A DNA stretch of 64,000 nucleotides from Allosphingosinicella sp. (lineage in GTDB: Bacteria > Pseudomonadota > Alphaproteobacteria > Sphingomonadales > Sphingomonadaceae). The notes below the pieces were generated by a model that was not told the DNA's origin, ran no database searches, and was given only the letters and a program-made list of their open reading frames with translations. The translations under genes were made by a program, and so were the position numbers. Positions 1 through 10,288 of this stretch are shown piece after piece (position 1 is the first letter of the stretch; every line of letters starts with the position of its first letter). The stretch lies in assembly GCA_035645215.1 (NCBI GenBank), contig DASQND010000028.1:9241-73240 (forward strand), written 5' to 3'.

Positions 1-766
1 TGCCGTTCTCCTTGAGTGCGTCGTCAAGCGAGGCGCAAAAGGCCTTGAATAGCTTCGCGTCACGAGCGCTCGTCCGAGGGGCGAGGGGCGCGAGTTCGAG
101 CGGACGTCCCAGACGGGCGGCCAGCTTTCCGTTTGCACGGAAGAACTCGACCGAATCCTCGTCACCGACAAGGACGAGAGGCACGATCCCACGATCCAGG
201 AAGACTTTGAACCGGTCGGAAACCTCGTTTGCGTCGTTGGCCTTCCGCTTGAGGTGCTGCACCTCGTCTGCAATGAGCAGCTCGACCCCTAGCCTGCGGA
301 CGAAGTCCGCGATTCGGTTTTCGAGGACCTTCGCGCTGACGTCTGCGTCCCAGAATTCGTCGTCCAACTTGCGCAGAACCTCCTGGTAGAACCCCTTGAG
401 GTTTAGCCGGCGATCGAGTTCGACGATGACAACCTGATAGGGGTTGGGCGGGAGGCCTGCCGCCTCGCGTTCCTCAGAGAGCTCGGCCTTGAGCCGGGCC
501 ATGGTCTTGCTCTTGCCAGCCTGGGAGAACTGGCTCAAGCGCCTGCCCGACAGAGGGCGTCCCAAACGCCCGACTGTTTCGTCACGATAGTCGAGCAGCT
601 CGTCAATGATGGCGCGCTGGGGTGCGTGCTCGATCCAGCCGTCCTCGAGCAACTGCCTTGCCGCCGACGAGCGCTGCCTGATTTCCCTGGTCCGGGGCAC
701 GGGCAGGCGGGATCCGGTGACCGGCGCCGGCTGGACACCGAGCGGATCCTTCTTCTTGCTGGCCAT
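1..766 (-). CDS. tnsC: TniB/TnsC-family transposition ATPase, 3' end truncated by the window edge (not in the ORF track)
   Basis: Manual translation from ATG at 766 (MASKKKDPLG...). Walker A-like QFSQAGKSKT, Walker B LLIADEVQH; starts 3 bp after the tnsB stop. Confidence 0.85.
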   Translation of the reverse strand, partial: MASKKKDPLGVQPAPVTGSRLPVPRTREIRQRSSAARQLLEDGWIEHAPQRAIIDELLDYRDETVGRLGRPLSGRRLSQFSQAGKSKTMARLKAELSEEREAAGLPPNPYQVVIVELDRRLNLKGFYQEVLRKLDDEFWDADVSAKVLENRIADFVRRLGVELLIADEVQHLKRKANDANEVSDRFKVFLDRGIVPLVLVGDEDSVEFFRANGKLAARLGRPLELAPLAPRTSARDAKLFKAFCASLDDALKENG

Positions 767-768
767 CT

Positions 769-2937
769 TCAATCGTCCTCCTCTTCGCGGTCGTCATCCC
801 AGATGCTTTCGGGGCGGCCCTCGGCATCACCTTCTTCGATCCCTGCGCCGCGGTCGGCGACGGGATAGTCGACGTCCTCAGTCGCGTGTTCGTCGTCGAT
901 CTGGCCCCGATGCTTGAGGCGCGTCTGGGGCGGTGCCTTCGGAACGTCCTTGCGGTCTGCGCCGCTGGGCTCCATCGGCAGGACCGGCGACAGCAGCCTG
1001 TCGTAGGCCGCTGAGCGGCCCAGTGCGCCGGCCGCTCGTCTCATCTCGTCGTGCTCCAGAAGGGCGACGCCCGCGGCTCTCGCGCGGAACGCGCGGTCGG
1101 GCAGGGTATCCTCGATCTCCTGCAGTAGCTGGTTGCGCTTTCTAAGCCGGTCCACCGGCTTCGTACCGCCGCCCTTCCCGGCGCGCAGCATGTGGTGGTA
1201 TTCATGGTGCTCGTACCGGGTGAGGCCAGCACTGTAGTCGGGATGGGTCGAATGAAGCCGGTGATATTCGCGGCTTTCTGGATCGTAGAGGTCGATGTAA
1301 TCGATATCGGAATCCCAGACACGGGCCGTCAGTTCGCATCGGCCGGTGTCTCGCAGCCGGTCGGCGAAGGGCGCTCGCCGGAGGTTCGCGTCGAGCATCT
1401 TCTCGACGCCGCGCTCGTTGAAGCGGTAACGGAGGTTGTCGAACTCGACGCCGTTGGTGGTGAGGACCACGGAGACGGTTCTCGAGAGATGCCGTTCAAT
1501 CTCGCCGGGCGGCATCCCACGGGGTTTGCGCACCGCCAGCCCCTCCAGCAGCACCTCCATTGGCGAACGCCAGCCCAGCCACTTCTTTGGACGTTCGTTC
1601 CACGCGATCCTCGCCGCTTGGATCATGAAGGCGAACTGCGCACGTGTGACATCCGGACTGGTCAGCGGATCGTAGCGGGGATCCCGCGGCGCTCCCGGGC
1701 CCAGGATCCGCCCCGACAGCCTCTTCACCACACCGTGTAGGAAGCGGTGGAAGCGTTCGTGCTTAGCCTTTGCATCACTGTGGTACGCCCTCGGAAGCTC
1801 GACGTACGAAACGATGTTTACCAAGCCGGGTACCATCGCCGGCGGCAGCAGCGCTTTTTCGTTGTCGGGGTGCAGCTGGCTGGGGACGCTGTAGCATTCC
1901 GCCCGCCGCGGATCTTCCGCAAGCTGCTCGTCTGTGAGCCGTGGAGGCGTCATCAGTCCGAGGAGCGCGCGCTCGGTCGCCTCCGGGCGGAACGGTCCTG
2001 TGAAGACGGGGCCCTCGAACACGAACGAGCTCTTCCAGTCCATGGCGAACACGCCCTTCATCCTTGCCGCCGGGATCTTCCAGTCGTCGGAGAAGGTGCA
2101 CACGTGCTTGAAGACGACTCCGTCGAGCGTCACGCGCTCCATCACGTGCTCAGCGCCGACCGGCTCGCCATTGGCGCCGTAGTAGCGATCGGCCTCGAAA
2201 TCCCCGTGCCGATCGGCGTAGCTTACCCGGTTCTCCAGTGAGTTAATGCGACGGCGCACGCACTCGAGGCTGGGGGCACTCTTGCCGATGTCGGTCGACC
2301 CAGCGGCGGCGAGTTCGTCCCACGCGCCGACCACCCGGGCCGCGGCGTCGGTCTTGAAGGGGTCCCCGTCCTTGCTCCAGTAGAGCGCGGCCATACGGTG
2401 GACGATCAGGTCCATGCGTTCGGTGAGCTGTGACTCCCCCTTCTGCCGCCCGGCTGTCGTCACTAGATTTCCGATGCGGCGGTGGGGATCCTCGATGAGC
2501 GTGGCGATCCAGCGCAGCAGTGCCCGCCACTTCGGGCGAGTGCCGGCCGCCGGTGCCGGCTCGCGCGCAAGGAATTCCTTCGCACCCCGTTCGCTGTGTG
2601 CGATGCCCGCGTTGATCGCTGCCGTTGCCCACTCGTGTTTCCAAAGCGACTTTGGGTCGCGGGCCTTGCATGCTGCGCGGTCAAGCCCGAGGAACTGACC
2701 TCTAGCCCCGCCAAGCATTGCATATGGGTCGTCCGCGTCGATCAGCCGACCTGCGCGGTGCTCCGCAAGCAACCAGTCAATGTCCGGGGGAACGGATATT
2801 CCTGCCGGCCCCAGCGTCAGCAGGACCGGTTCGCCCGCCTGGTCAACTAGGTCCACCGTCCAGCCCCGCGTGCCCAGCAGCTTGAGCGGCCGGCCCTCGT
2901 GCAGAAGCCTCATGCCGGCTGGCAGGCCGAAGCTCAC
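769..2937 (-). CDS. tnsB: TnsB/MuA-like DDE transposase
   Basis: 722 aa. DDE candidates VTLDG, HPDNE, KAKHERFHRFL; Mu-type C-terminus VLTTNGVEFDNLRYR; overlaps the tnsA stop. Confidence 0.85.
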   Translation of the reverse strand: MSFGLPAGMRLLHEGRPLKLLGTRGWTVDLVDQAGEPVLLTLGPAGISVPPDIDWLLAEHRAGRLIDADDPYAMLGGARGQFLGLDRAACKARDPKSLWKHEWATAAINAGIAHSERGAKEFLAREPAPAAGTRPKWRALLRWIATLIEDPHRRIGNLVTTAGRQKGESQLTERMDLIVHRMAALYWSKDGDPFKTDAAARVVGAWDELAAAGSTDIGKSAPSLECVRRRINSLENRVSYADRHGDFEADRYYGANGEPVGAEHVMERVTLDGVVFKHVCTFSDDWKIPAARMKGVFAMDWKSSFVFEGPVFTGPFRPEATERALLGLMTPPRLTDEQLAEDPRRAECYSVPSQLHPDNEKALLPPAMVPGLVNIVSYVELPRAYHSDAKAKHERFHRFLHGVVKRLSGRILGPGAPRDPRYDPLTSPDVTRAQFAFMIQAARIAWNERPKKWLGWRSPMEVLLEGLAVRKPRGMPPGEIERHLSRTVSVVLTTNGVEFDNLRYRFNERGVEKMLDANLRRAPFADRLRDTGRCELTARVWDSDIDYIDLYDPESREYHRLHSTHPDYSAGLTRYEHHEYHHMLRAGKGGGTKPVDRLRKRNQLLQEIEDTLPDRAFRARAAGVALLEHDEMRRAAGALGRSAAYDRLLSPVLPMEPSGADRKDVPKAPPQTRLKHRGQIDDEHATEDVDYPVADRGAGIEEGDAEGRPESIWDDDREEEDD

Positions 2938-3836
2938 TTCTCGGACTCCGGCACTGCGTGATGGGTGAGGAATGCACGCAGGCGCCCCGGGACCCGCTCC
3001 GGCGGCAGGTCGACGGGGGTGTCGGGCATTTGCGGACGCGTGGGGTCGATCCGAACGAGCCGGCGCACGCTCATAGCGTTGAGCTTGGCGGAGGCGTCGC
3101 GGACGGGGCCGCCGATGGCTTCAAGGACCACTCCGAGGGGCGCCGCGCCGCCCTCGCTCATCACCGACTCGCGAACGGCCGCCACGTCGACGATGCGGTC
3201 GAACGTCGTGTTCCGATCGTCGAAAACGTCCTTCAAAGTCCGGTGAAGCATCGTTCCGACCAGAGCCGGCGCGTCCTCGCGGCGCAGCCTCGCGCCGTGG
3301 AGCGCGAGCACCTCCTCCGCCTCGTCCAGCAGATCCGCTGTGTCGGCCTCCTCGAAGTACGCTTGGTCACCCTTGTACTCCGTGAACACGAGCGAGTGAT
3401 CCTCGAGCTCAAAACCGCCGTCGAGGGTGATGTGCCGAGTCCGGCCATGATCCCGGCGCCAGACCACCCGTAGGGGCTGGAACTCGAGATCCAGCCGAGA
3501 GGTGAGTGTCTCTGCCTCGATCCAGGCGGCGCACTCTGCGGCGCCCTCGTGGTAGACCGCGCGCCCGGACTTGACGCTGAACCCTGCGGTCGTCGTAAAC
3601 CACGCGCCGTACTTGAAGTTGATGCGCAGCTGCCCGGTGTCAGGCGCCGCCTCCAGCTTCGGATCGCGCCAACGCTCGGCGACTGATCGTCGCGTCCGCG
3701 TGGTCTGGCGGGGGGCCAACCTCGGACGCGAGCGCGGTTCGCGCCGTGGACGGACACGCCGAACCTCGAGCGGGTGCGGGATTCTGATGTTTGGCGGGGC
3801 GTCATCTTCTTCCCTGGAGGCGGCTGCGTCGGTCAT
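2934..3836 (-). CDS. tnsA: TnsA-like endonuclease
   Basis: GFSVKSGRAVYHE...E...FQP...TLDG...TEYK matches the TnsA N-terminal PD-(D/E)XK pattern; first gene of a tnsABC order. Confidence 0.75.
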   Translation of the reverse strand: MTDAAASREEDDAPPNIRIPHPLEVRRVRPRREPRSRPRLAPRQTTRTRRSVAERWRDPKLEAAPDTGQLRINFKYGAWFTTTAGFSVKSGRAVYHEGAAECAAWIEAETLTSRLDLEFQPLRVVWRRDHGRTRHITLDGGFELEDHSLVFTEYKGDQAYFEEADTADLLDEAEEVLALHGARLRREDAPALVGTMLHRTLKDVFDDRNTTFDRIVDVAAVRESVMSEGGAAPLGVVLEAIGGPVRDASAKLNAMSVRRLVRIDPTRPQMPDTPVDLPPERVPGRLRAFLTHHAVPESEK

Positions 3837-4328
3837 TTCTGGCGTCCTGTGGGACGCCGTCTGGCGCCATTGTTCGGGATGCTCGACCGCCCGCGGCTTG
3901 GGCGGCCAAAGGCGGACTACTTTTGTACGGAGGCTGTCATCACGCTGTTTTGAGCCTCAATTTGACAGCGACGGTCCGAGCCTCTGGCAGCCGGAGCAGC
4001 GCTTTGAACATCGCGCCTTTTGGCGCAGCTCAGGCGGTTGCCGCGGCGGAACAGCCGGCCGGTGAGGGTCACGTCGAGAGCGAACAGGTCGACGCGCGAG
4101 GTGCTGACGTGGTCCCGAACGGCGGCGGTGGGACCCTCTAAAAGAAGGGACCTACGGACCGTCTTCAATTTGAGCTTCATCTTAGCACCTTCGGAAGATC
4201 CACGGTCGGCGGCACCCGCAGCCGCGATGGTGACGTACGGAAGGGGCGACGTCGCTTCCACGTGTCTCGAAGTCGCTGCGGCTGTATGCTAGCCTTGCTT
4301 AATCCGGTGTTTTCATCATCCATCAGAC

Positions 4329-4418
4329 ATCTCCAGATAACTCTCGACGCACCAGATGGGGGTAAAATCCCATCGCGTCAATCGAAAGTTATCTGGAGAT
4401 CGAAAATAGTTTGGAGAT
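4329..4418. repeat. Three ~20 bp related sites (ATCTCCAGATAACTYTCGA-like): one forward, two tandem reverse
   Basis: 4329-4348 atctccagataactctcgac; 4381-4400 reverse complement atctccagataactttcgat; 4399-4418 reverse complement atctccaaactattttcgat. Includes a perfect 13 bp inverted repeat at 4329-4341/4388-4400. Confidence 0.7.
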
Positions 4419-4445
4419 AGATGTTCGGGAGCGTATGCGGGCAAC

Positions 4446-5519
4446 ATGCCGGCGCAGCGCAAAACCAAGCCCGAAGGCCTAGCAGGATATCTCGGGGACC
4501 CGCTTCCTGAGCAGGAAGGAGTCATGTGGGCGGCGCTAACCACCGAGCAGCGCGCGAAGGCGTTGCAGCGCATGACGGCGTTGCAGCGCTGGATAGACTC
4601 GGACGGCGCTATCGACGTGAAGCAGGCCGCTGCCGACGCAGGGGTCAGCGTTACGCGCATGTACGAGATGGGGAAGGCGTGGCGCGAAAAACGTTCGCTG
4701 ACCTCCCTCGGGGCTTTCGCTGGTGCTCCTAAGACGCGAGTAGGAAAGCACGATGCGCTTTTGAGAAAAGCGTTGCCGTCGGTGGTGGCAGCCGATCCGG
4801 AAGGCAGCGTACGTAAGCTTGCTCTCGCCCTTGAGACTGCGTGCGGGATCCCATCGGGCGATATGCCGAGTCACAACACGCTTCGCCGCTACGTCGAGGA
4901 CGAGTTGCGCCGGCTTGAGCAGAAGGCAATGGCCGGCGACGAAGTGATGCTGGATTGTGCGGCATGCACCTTGACGCCGACTGATACGGATCTTCTGACG
5001 CTGTTCGCCATCCTCGACAGGTGGACCCAAGTGGTGCTTGGCGCCAGCTTTGGGGATCCAGATGATAGCCGCGGCGGATATGCGCTCGCCGCCCGTGATG
5101 CGATCAGGCGTTTAGAGGCTGGCCAATTCGCTGACCTACCCTGGGTCGAGCGGATGGCGCGATCCGAGGTTGTAGTCGGTTTCGATCAGGACCGGTGGTC
5201 CGATGTCCGCGCGCGGTTCGCTAAAGAAGGGATAGCGGCGCCCGTCGAGCCTTCAACAAGAGAGAAGCGGTTCGGACGGTATCTACGATCTGTCACGGGC
5301 CTGCGGATAGGCTCTATCGTCGTTTTGCCCAGACACACCGGTAACATCGCGGCGGGCGACCTGACCCGGACGCTGTCGCCGACGGCCGATCAGATGGAGC
5401 GGTTGAGAGTGGAAGTCGACGACTACAATTTGAGCAGGACCGCGGCGGTGTCGAACCTGTCGAGGAGTACACCGCCGGCAGATTTCCACCGCATGCTTGC
5501 GCTGCTCGTCAGGGCCTAG
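4446..5519 (+). CDS. Degenerate transposase-like protein (HTH plus rve-like remnant)
   Basis: HTH (AAADAGVSVTRMYEMGKAW), PSHNTLRRY, VMLDC...ILDRWTQVVLG, terminal VDDYN; catalytic Glu region reads RFGRYL. Confidence 0.6.
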   Translation: MPAQRKTKPEGLAGYLGDPLPEQEGVMWAALTTEQRAKALQRMTALQRWIDSDGAIDVKQAAADAGVSVTRMYEMGKAWREKRSLTSLGAFAGAPKTRVGKHDALLRKALPSVVAADPEGSVRKLALALETACGIPSGDMPSHNTLRRYVEDELRRLEQKAMAGDEVMLDCAACTLTPTDTDLLTLFAILDRWTQVVLGASFGDPDDSRGGYALAARDAIRRLEAGQFADLPWVERMARSEVVVGFDQDRWSDVRARFAKEGIAAPVEPSTREKRFGRYLRSVTGLRIGSIVVLPRHTGNIAAGDLTRTLSPTADQMERLRVEVDDYNLSRTAAVSNLSRSTPPADFHRMLALLVRA

Positions 5520-6577
5520 ATGTCCCAGTTTACGATCGGCGGTGGTGCACCACGTGCGGCATTGTGAGCAGTGAGTTGCTCTGAGATTACTCGACGCGCG
5601 TCCGCGGGCCTGAGAGCGGCGTCCATGCGCGCTCGCAACATTCGCTTCGGAGCGATTGCACGGCTGAGCTGGTAGATGAGTTCGATCGTTCCAAAACCGC
5701 GACCGAGGATTCGGGCGGTAGCGGTGCGGGCTGCGCTTGGGAGAACCGGGACGTGCGCCGGGAGATTGTCACGACCGAGCTTCTTTGCAATGTCCCCGTC
5801 CACAACGATCCGGCGCCCCCCTGGTGACCGCGCCGTGGCTGTGGCGATGGAGTTGGAGCTTTCGCGCTCCTGTTCCATCTCGGCTCCGATCACCGCGCCA
5901 TTCTCCCCATCCACCAGGAGTTCGATCAACGGAAAAACGATATCGCCATCGTGCTCCACTGGAAGTTTCGCGTGGCAGCGCGAAATCACGAGATCGTTGC
6001 TCCCCTGCTTCTGGGCGGCGTCACGGCGGGAATCCATGACCATATTCCAGATCGTGCTCTTCGACGGCGCCTTCACGTTCAAAGAGGCGCATCTCGCCTC
6101 GACGGCTCGCACTGCCTCGACGTGAGGAACGTCAGGTCCGAGCGCTGCCACCACCTCTCGCGCTGCATCCCTAGAGACGGTGGGCAGAGTGCGCGCACCA
6201 CCGGTTCGCGGCCTTCCACGGGCAGCGCCTGCGCCGGCAATAGCTGCGGCGTTACCATGTTCCTTCCATGCCCGAACAAGCGCCAAGAATTGGTTGACGC
6301 TCAGATCGAGCGAGCGCGCGTGGCGCCGTCGATCGCGATCAGTTGGCTCAGAAATCAGGACGTAAGTTTTTACGGCAGCGACACGTCGCCGGACCTCGCC
6401 AATCCGTAGCGGATCGACCCCCGTTATATCGACGTCATCAAGGCTGCGATCGACTGAGCTGGATGCGACGCTTGGCAATGTTGAGCAGGGCAGCGCAAGG
6501 TGCTCTCCGATTTCGGCGGCGAGGGTCCGCGCCTCCGCGGCGCGCGGGTCCATGCCCCAGCAGTCGGGTTCATGCAT
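5516..6577 (-). CDS. Degenerate transposase-like protein, paralogue of 6777-7826
   Basis: GVDPLRIGEVRRRV, LSVNQFLALVRAWKEH, PSKSTIW; RBS gggagag before the ATG. Confidence 0.6.
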   Translation of the reverse strand: MHEPDCWGMDPRAAEARTLAAEIGEHLALPCSTLPSVASSSVDRSLDDVDITGVDPLRIGEVRRRVAAVKTYVLISEPTDRDRRRHARSLDLSVNQFLALVRAWKEHGNAAAIAGAGAARGRPRTGGARTLPTVSRDAAREVVAALGPDVPHVEAVRAVEARCASLNVKAPSKSTIWNMVMDSRRDAAQKQGSNDLVISRCHAKLPVEHDGDIVFPLIELLVDGENGAVIGAEMEQERESSNSIATATARSPGGRRIVVDGDIAKKLGRDNLPAHVPVLPSAARTATARILGRGFGTIELIYQLSRAIAPKRMLRARMDAALRPADARRVISEQLTAHNAARGAPPPIVNWDI

Positions 6578-6776
6578 ATTTCTCTCCCAAAAAAAAGGAT
6601 TATCGCGTCACTCACAAGGAGTGCCGATGAGCCTGGCACTCTCATAGGCCCGTCCACGGACGCGGGCGTTTGCGTGAGGATGCGCATCTCGACCGCGTCG
6701 GACCGCCGCGACTTCGGTTCGCGGGTTCAACTTCTTCGCGACCTAATCCAGCAGCCGATTTCTAACGATTGAGGCG

Positions 6777-7826
6777 TCAGGTATTGATCGCCCAGTCGTC
6801 CTTCGTCGGGTGAGGCTTATAGTCGGTCACGCTGCTCGTCTCAGAGGATAGCTCATCCCCCTCGGCGTCAGCGTCCAATACGTCGAAAGCCGGCATCACC
6901 AAGCCGCTGGCGGCATTGTTGAAGGCGATGGCCTCCCGGATAGCGGCCTTCGCCTCTTCGGGCGTGATCCGTTTGTCTTGGCGCAGCATGACAAGCTTCG
7001 TATGTGGCCGTGCGAGAGCTCGTTGGTACAGGGCTGGGAGCTGGCCTAATCGCCCGCCGAAGGCTCGCGAAAGCTCGCGCTGCACCGATCGCTTATGCCA
7101 CCGGAGTCCACCTAGGCCTCCCGCTGCCAGCACATCACGCGACGCTCGGCGGTCATCTGCCTCGAGACGAAGGGGCCGCGCTTCGGCGCCGAGTGAGCGA
7201 AGTGTGAGCGTCTCCGAGACGAGGTCTGCGACCGCGGGCGGACGGCTGTCATCCACCGAGATTCTATGCGCCAGGATGATGCGTTCGGGTAGCGCCACGA
7301 CGGCAAGCAAGGTTGGCATGGCCGTGCCCTCGCCCAAGTTTGGATCAGTGGTGACGGGAAGATGGAACCACATTCGCCCGACAACGATCCGCTTCGGACC
7401 GCTCTCCCAGGGGCGAGCGGCACGCTCTTTGCGTATTTGTGTCCAGATTGTTGGGCGCGACGGTGGGGTAACGCCTTCCGCCTGACAACGTTGCTCTATC
7501 GTGGGGGCAACAGAGCAGAGTTCGGCGCTGGCTCCCGCGTTTGCGATCTCCTCTCTCATTATTTCCAATGCACGCTGCGCTATTCCAGAGTGGCGGACGG
7601 AACGACCGCGCGGACCGTCGATCAAGAGGGCAGGATCACGATGTTCTCGCCACGCCCGAGCCAGGCGGTGAAATTGCCACCGGCTGATCCCAAGGCCGGC
7701 TGCGATGCGCGTAGCGTCAGCTGTGGTGGGGCTGGGCAGATTAAAATATTTGTCGATGGCCTCAATGCGCCGGCGCGCCTCCGGTACGCGCAGCGGGTTG
7801 ATGCCCGAGAAGTCGGGTTTGAGCAT
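6777..7826 (-). CDS. Degenerate transposase-like protein
   Basis: Start moved to ATG 7826 (RBS aaggag). GINPLRVPEARRRI, ISRWQFHRLARAWREH, PSRPTIW align with 5516-6577. Confidence 0.65.
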   Translation of the reverse strand: MLKPDFSGINPLRVPEARRRIEAIDKYFNLPSPTTADATRIAAGLGISRWQFHRLARAWREHRDPALLIDGPRGRSVRHSGIAQRALEIMREEIANAGASAELCSVAPTIEQRCQAEGVTPPSRPTIWTQIRKERAARPWESGPKRIVVGRMWFHLPVTTDPNLGEGTAMPTLLAVVALPERIILAHRISVDDSRPPAVADLVSETLTLRSLGAEARPLRLEADDRRASRDVLAAGGLGGLRWHKRSVQRELSRAFGGRLGQLPALYQRALARPHTKLVMLRQDKRITPEEAKAAIREAIAFNNAASGLVMPAFDVLDADAEGDELSSETSSVTDYKPHPTKDDWAINT

Positions 7827-8241
7827 TTTCCACTCCTTCGTGAATCTCGTGCTGGCGCCGCTGGACTGGCTAGGTCGCCTAGGGGGAGGACGTAGGCCCG
7901 GAGGATTTCTGGGGCCGCAAATGGGCAAGCTCGATCTCTGCAAGAGGATCGAGCTGGCGCGTGCCATTCTCGCGCACCAGGATGTCGCGCAGCTTGTGTG
8001 TGTGGCCGGCATCAGGAGGGTGCGGCTGGCCCGTGGCCTTCAAGGCGCTTGTGCGGCGCATGCGGCTCAGATCAGGCTCTCTAACCGGCGGAGCTCCGAG
8101 CAGAGTTCCTCAACCGGCTGCAGCGAAGCTTCACTGCTCGTGATGTTTATGGCCATGAACTGCTTCCCGCCTGTCCCGCCGGCTGCGGACAGCCGGCGGC
8201 ATCTCCTCATGTTCGAAGCGATGCCGGCCCTGGAACCGGAT

Positions 8242-8355
8242 GTTAGGAACCTGCGGTTAGACAGGCGCGAACGCCTTTAGCCTGGTGGCCTGGACATGCG
8301 CGTCCGCCACCCGGTCGACCAAAGTCTGACCGGCTCTAACCGACAAGGTTCCTAC
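8242..8355. repeat. Imperfect ~20 bp inverted repeat (TCTAACCG..GGTTCCTA)
   Basis: 8242-8261 reverse complement tctaaccgcaggttcctaac versus 8335-8355 tctaaccgacaaggttcctac. Confidence 0.4.
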
Positions 8356-8620
8356 GCCTCGACCCACCTCTCGCTGGGTACACGCAGGCTAAGCGGCTCC
8401 CTCTGAAAAGGAAAGGCACATTTTCAGTTTGATCCCTCGAAGGATCACAACTCCTTCTCGTCAGAGCGCCACTCTGGCCCTTGAGCGCAAGAAGGAACGT
8501 GAGCTGCTCAACCGTCTGGGAAGCAGTGAGGACGCGCTTCCACCGGTGCCGAGCCCCGCCCACCTCGCGGCGGAGTCCTTGTGCTTGCGCTTTCCGTGCT
8601 GATCGTGATGTTTTGCCGGC

Positions 8621-8812
8621 ATGGACGATGACGATCAAACTTCCCGCGTCGCCGAGTTAGGCGCTCTGCTGGCGGAGGCGCAGGACCGCGGCCTACCCTT
8701 CATGATCCGAACCGGCGAGCGCGTGATAATCATGCGGCCTCCGGAATACCGGCGAGAGACCCATTGGGGAGTGACGGATGAGCGTGCCGCGGATCTCCTC
8801 AAGGCGCTGTGA
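8621..8812 (+). CDS. Small hypothetical protein
   Basis: 63 aa, protein-like composition, no recognised motif. Confidence 0.35.
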   Translation: MDDDDQTSRVAELGALLAEAQDRGLPFMIRTGERVIIMRPPEYRRETHWGVTDERAADLLKAL

Positions 8813-9187
8813 CCGGCGCCCGCGTGATGCTCACCCGCCTTTTTGCAAGCCACACACCTCTGTAGGGCAGGTGGTGGTTGGCGCAATTAAAGCGAGCCGC
8901 GTCGCGGTCTATATCGCCGCCGATAGGCCAGTTCCAGCGATCGGTTCTGCGTCCAGTGACCCGTCAAAGTCGCGCGACTACCAGTTTGGACCAGTCGGTA
9001 TAGAAAGCGCGTTTACTCGCGTCTCCTAGTATCTCAGCACGAGTTGGCTCCTAAGCTCTATTCGCATGCCTTTCGCGGTAAGTCACTGGTCGTGCGCTCT
9101 AGCGACTACGGGAGTCCGATACATCGAGAGATCCGCGATCAGGGGCCAAGGTGCTCGATTCGACAAACGTCTGTGTGTCTGTTCTTG

Positions 9188-9544
9188 CTACGCTGCCTGG
9201 TTGACAGATCCACTGTCCGGCGGCGTCTCGATCAACCTGAACTCACTTCCGTCCGCTGTTCCACGTTCACGTAGGAGCTCGAGCTTAGCAAGCTCTATGT
9301 GCGTGTCTGCGATCTTATCCAGGCGCGCTTGCTCTCTCAGCAGTACGAGCCGTAGCGTCTCTGCTTCGTAAGTGGCCGTTTGAGCCTGCGCTCTCTCATT
9401 CAAGGCGCGCCGATTGTCAGCTCTGCACTTGAGCCAAGTGCGAATAACGAGCGCGATGGGTACGGTAGCGATTGCAAGCACCGCCACGATGAGCGCCGCA
9501 AAGCTCGCGGGAAGCTGCCATACTTGAATGACTGCAGACCACAT
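9188..9544 (-). CDS. Hypothetical single-pass membrane protein
   Basis: Hydrophobic stretch FAALIVAVLAIATVPIALVI followed by a coiled-coil-like region. Confidence 0.45.
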   Translation of the reverse strand: MWSAVIQVWQLPASFAALIVAVLAIATVPIALVIRTWLKCRADNRRALNERAQAQTATYEAETLRLVLLREQARLDKIADTHIELAKLELLRERGTADGSEFRLIETPPDSGSVNQAA

Positions 9545-10288
9545 AGCACCTCACCCCACAAAATGCAGAGCAACCAGCCTTCGGCTGTGACTCGTGTAGA
9601 TTCAAACGCCACTCGGGTGATATAGACAGCTCACCTGAACAACAGGCCTCATACGCAGGCTTAACTCCTGCTTACGTGCAAACTGTTAGCGTGGGTCCTA
9701 CCGGAGTTCGATTGATCGAACAAAAACACAGGCATATCGCAGCTTAGCTGTGGCACGCCTTGTGTGAGGATCTCCTTTGGAACCTACCCCCCCGTGGCTG
9801 CGCTCTGCATGACTCCGATGCGCCGTTGAGTCAATGTGCAGCGCTGGCAACGGTGTCCGATGCTCCTGCACCGCGGGTGGTGACTGCAACGATCAAGGGC
9901 GATCCGAGTATCGGATTATGAGTCGGTAGACCGCGCCGACCCAAAGTTCAGCAATCTTCGGCCTGTGCGCAGATGGTCGCCCGAAGGTAGGTCGTGTGCC
10001 GCCTGCAGCGCACCGCCGGTTGGTAGGCATCCGCTATGCGGTAGTATCAGTCTTTGGATCGCCTTTTGCAGCAGCCCTGAAATCGACCGTAACCGCGCCC
10101 ACGTAACATCGCCACCGCTGCCGTCTTTGATGGGGCAGCCGGCAAGTGCGATCTCGCGCACCGCTCGCGAGGATGTTGGGAAGAGCGGCCGCGGAACTCT
10201 CTTCGCTGGGTAAGCTGCCTTTCCACATACAAGCCCCGATGATCATCGAGGAGACTTCGATCCACCGGTTTGCCAGAATTGGCCTACG

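Larger units (their letters stand above)
1..3836 (-). mobile_element. Tn7/Tn5053-like transposition core (tnsABC); ends not defined, any target selector lies outside the window
   Basis: Three coupled genes in canonical order. Confidence 0.75.

Noticed and set aside
3917-4261. Small ORF upstream of tnsA
   Set aside because: No recognisable motif and an ambiguous start.
9878-9955. Possible tRNA(CAT) remnant or fifth array site (cggattatgagtcgg)
   Set aside because: Only the CTCATAA loop and CCA spacing fit. There is no T-loop, no paired stems and no GATAA left arm.
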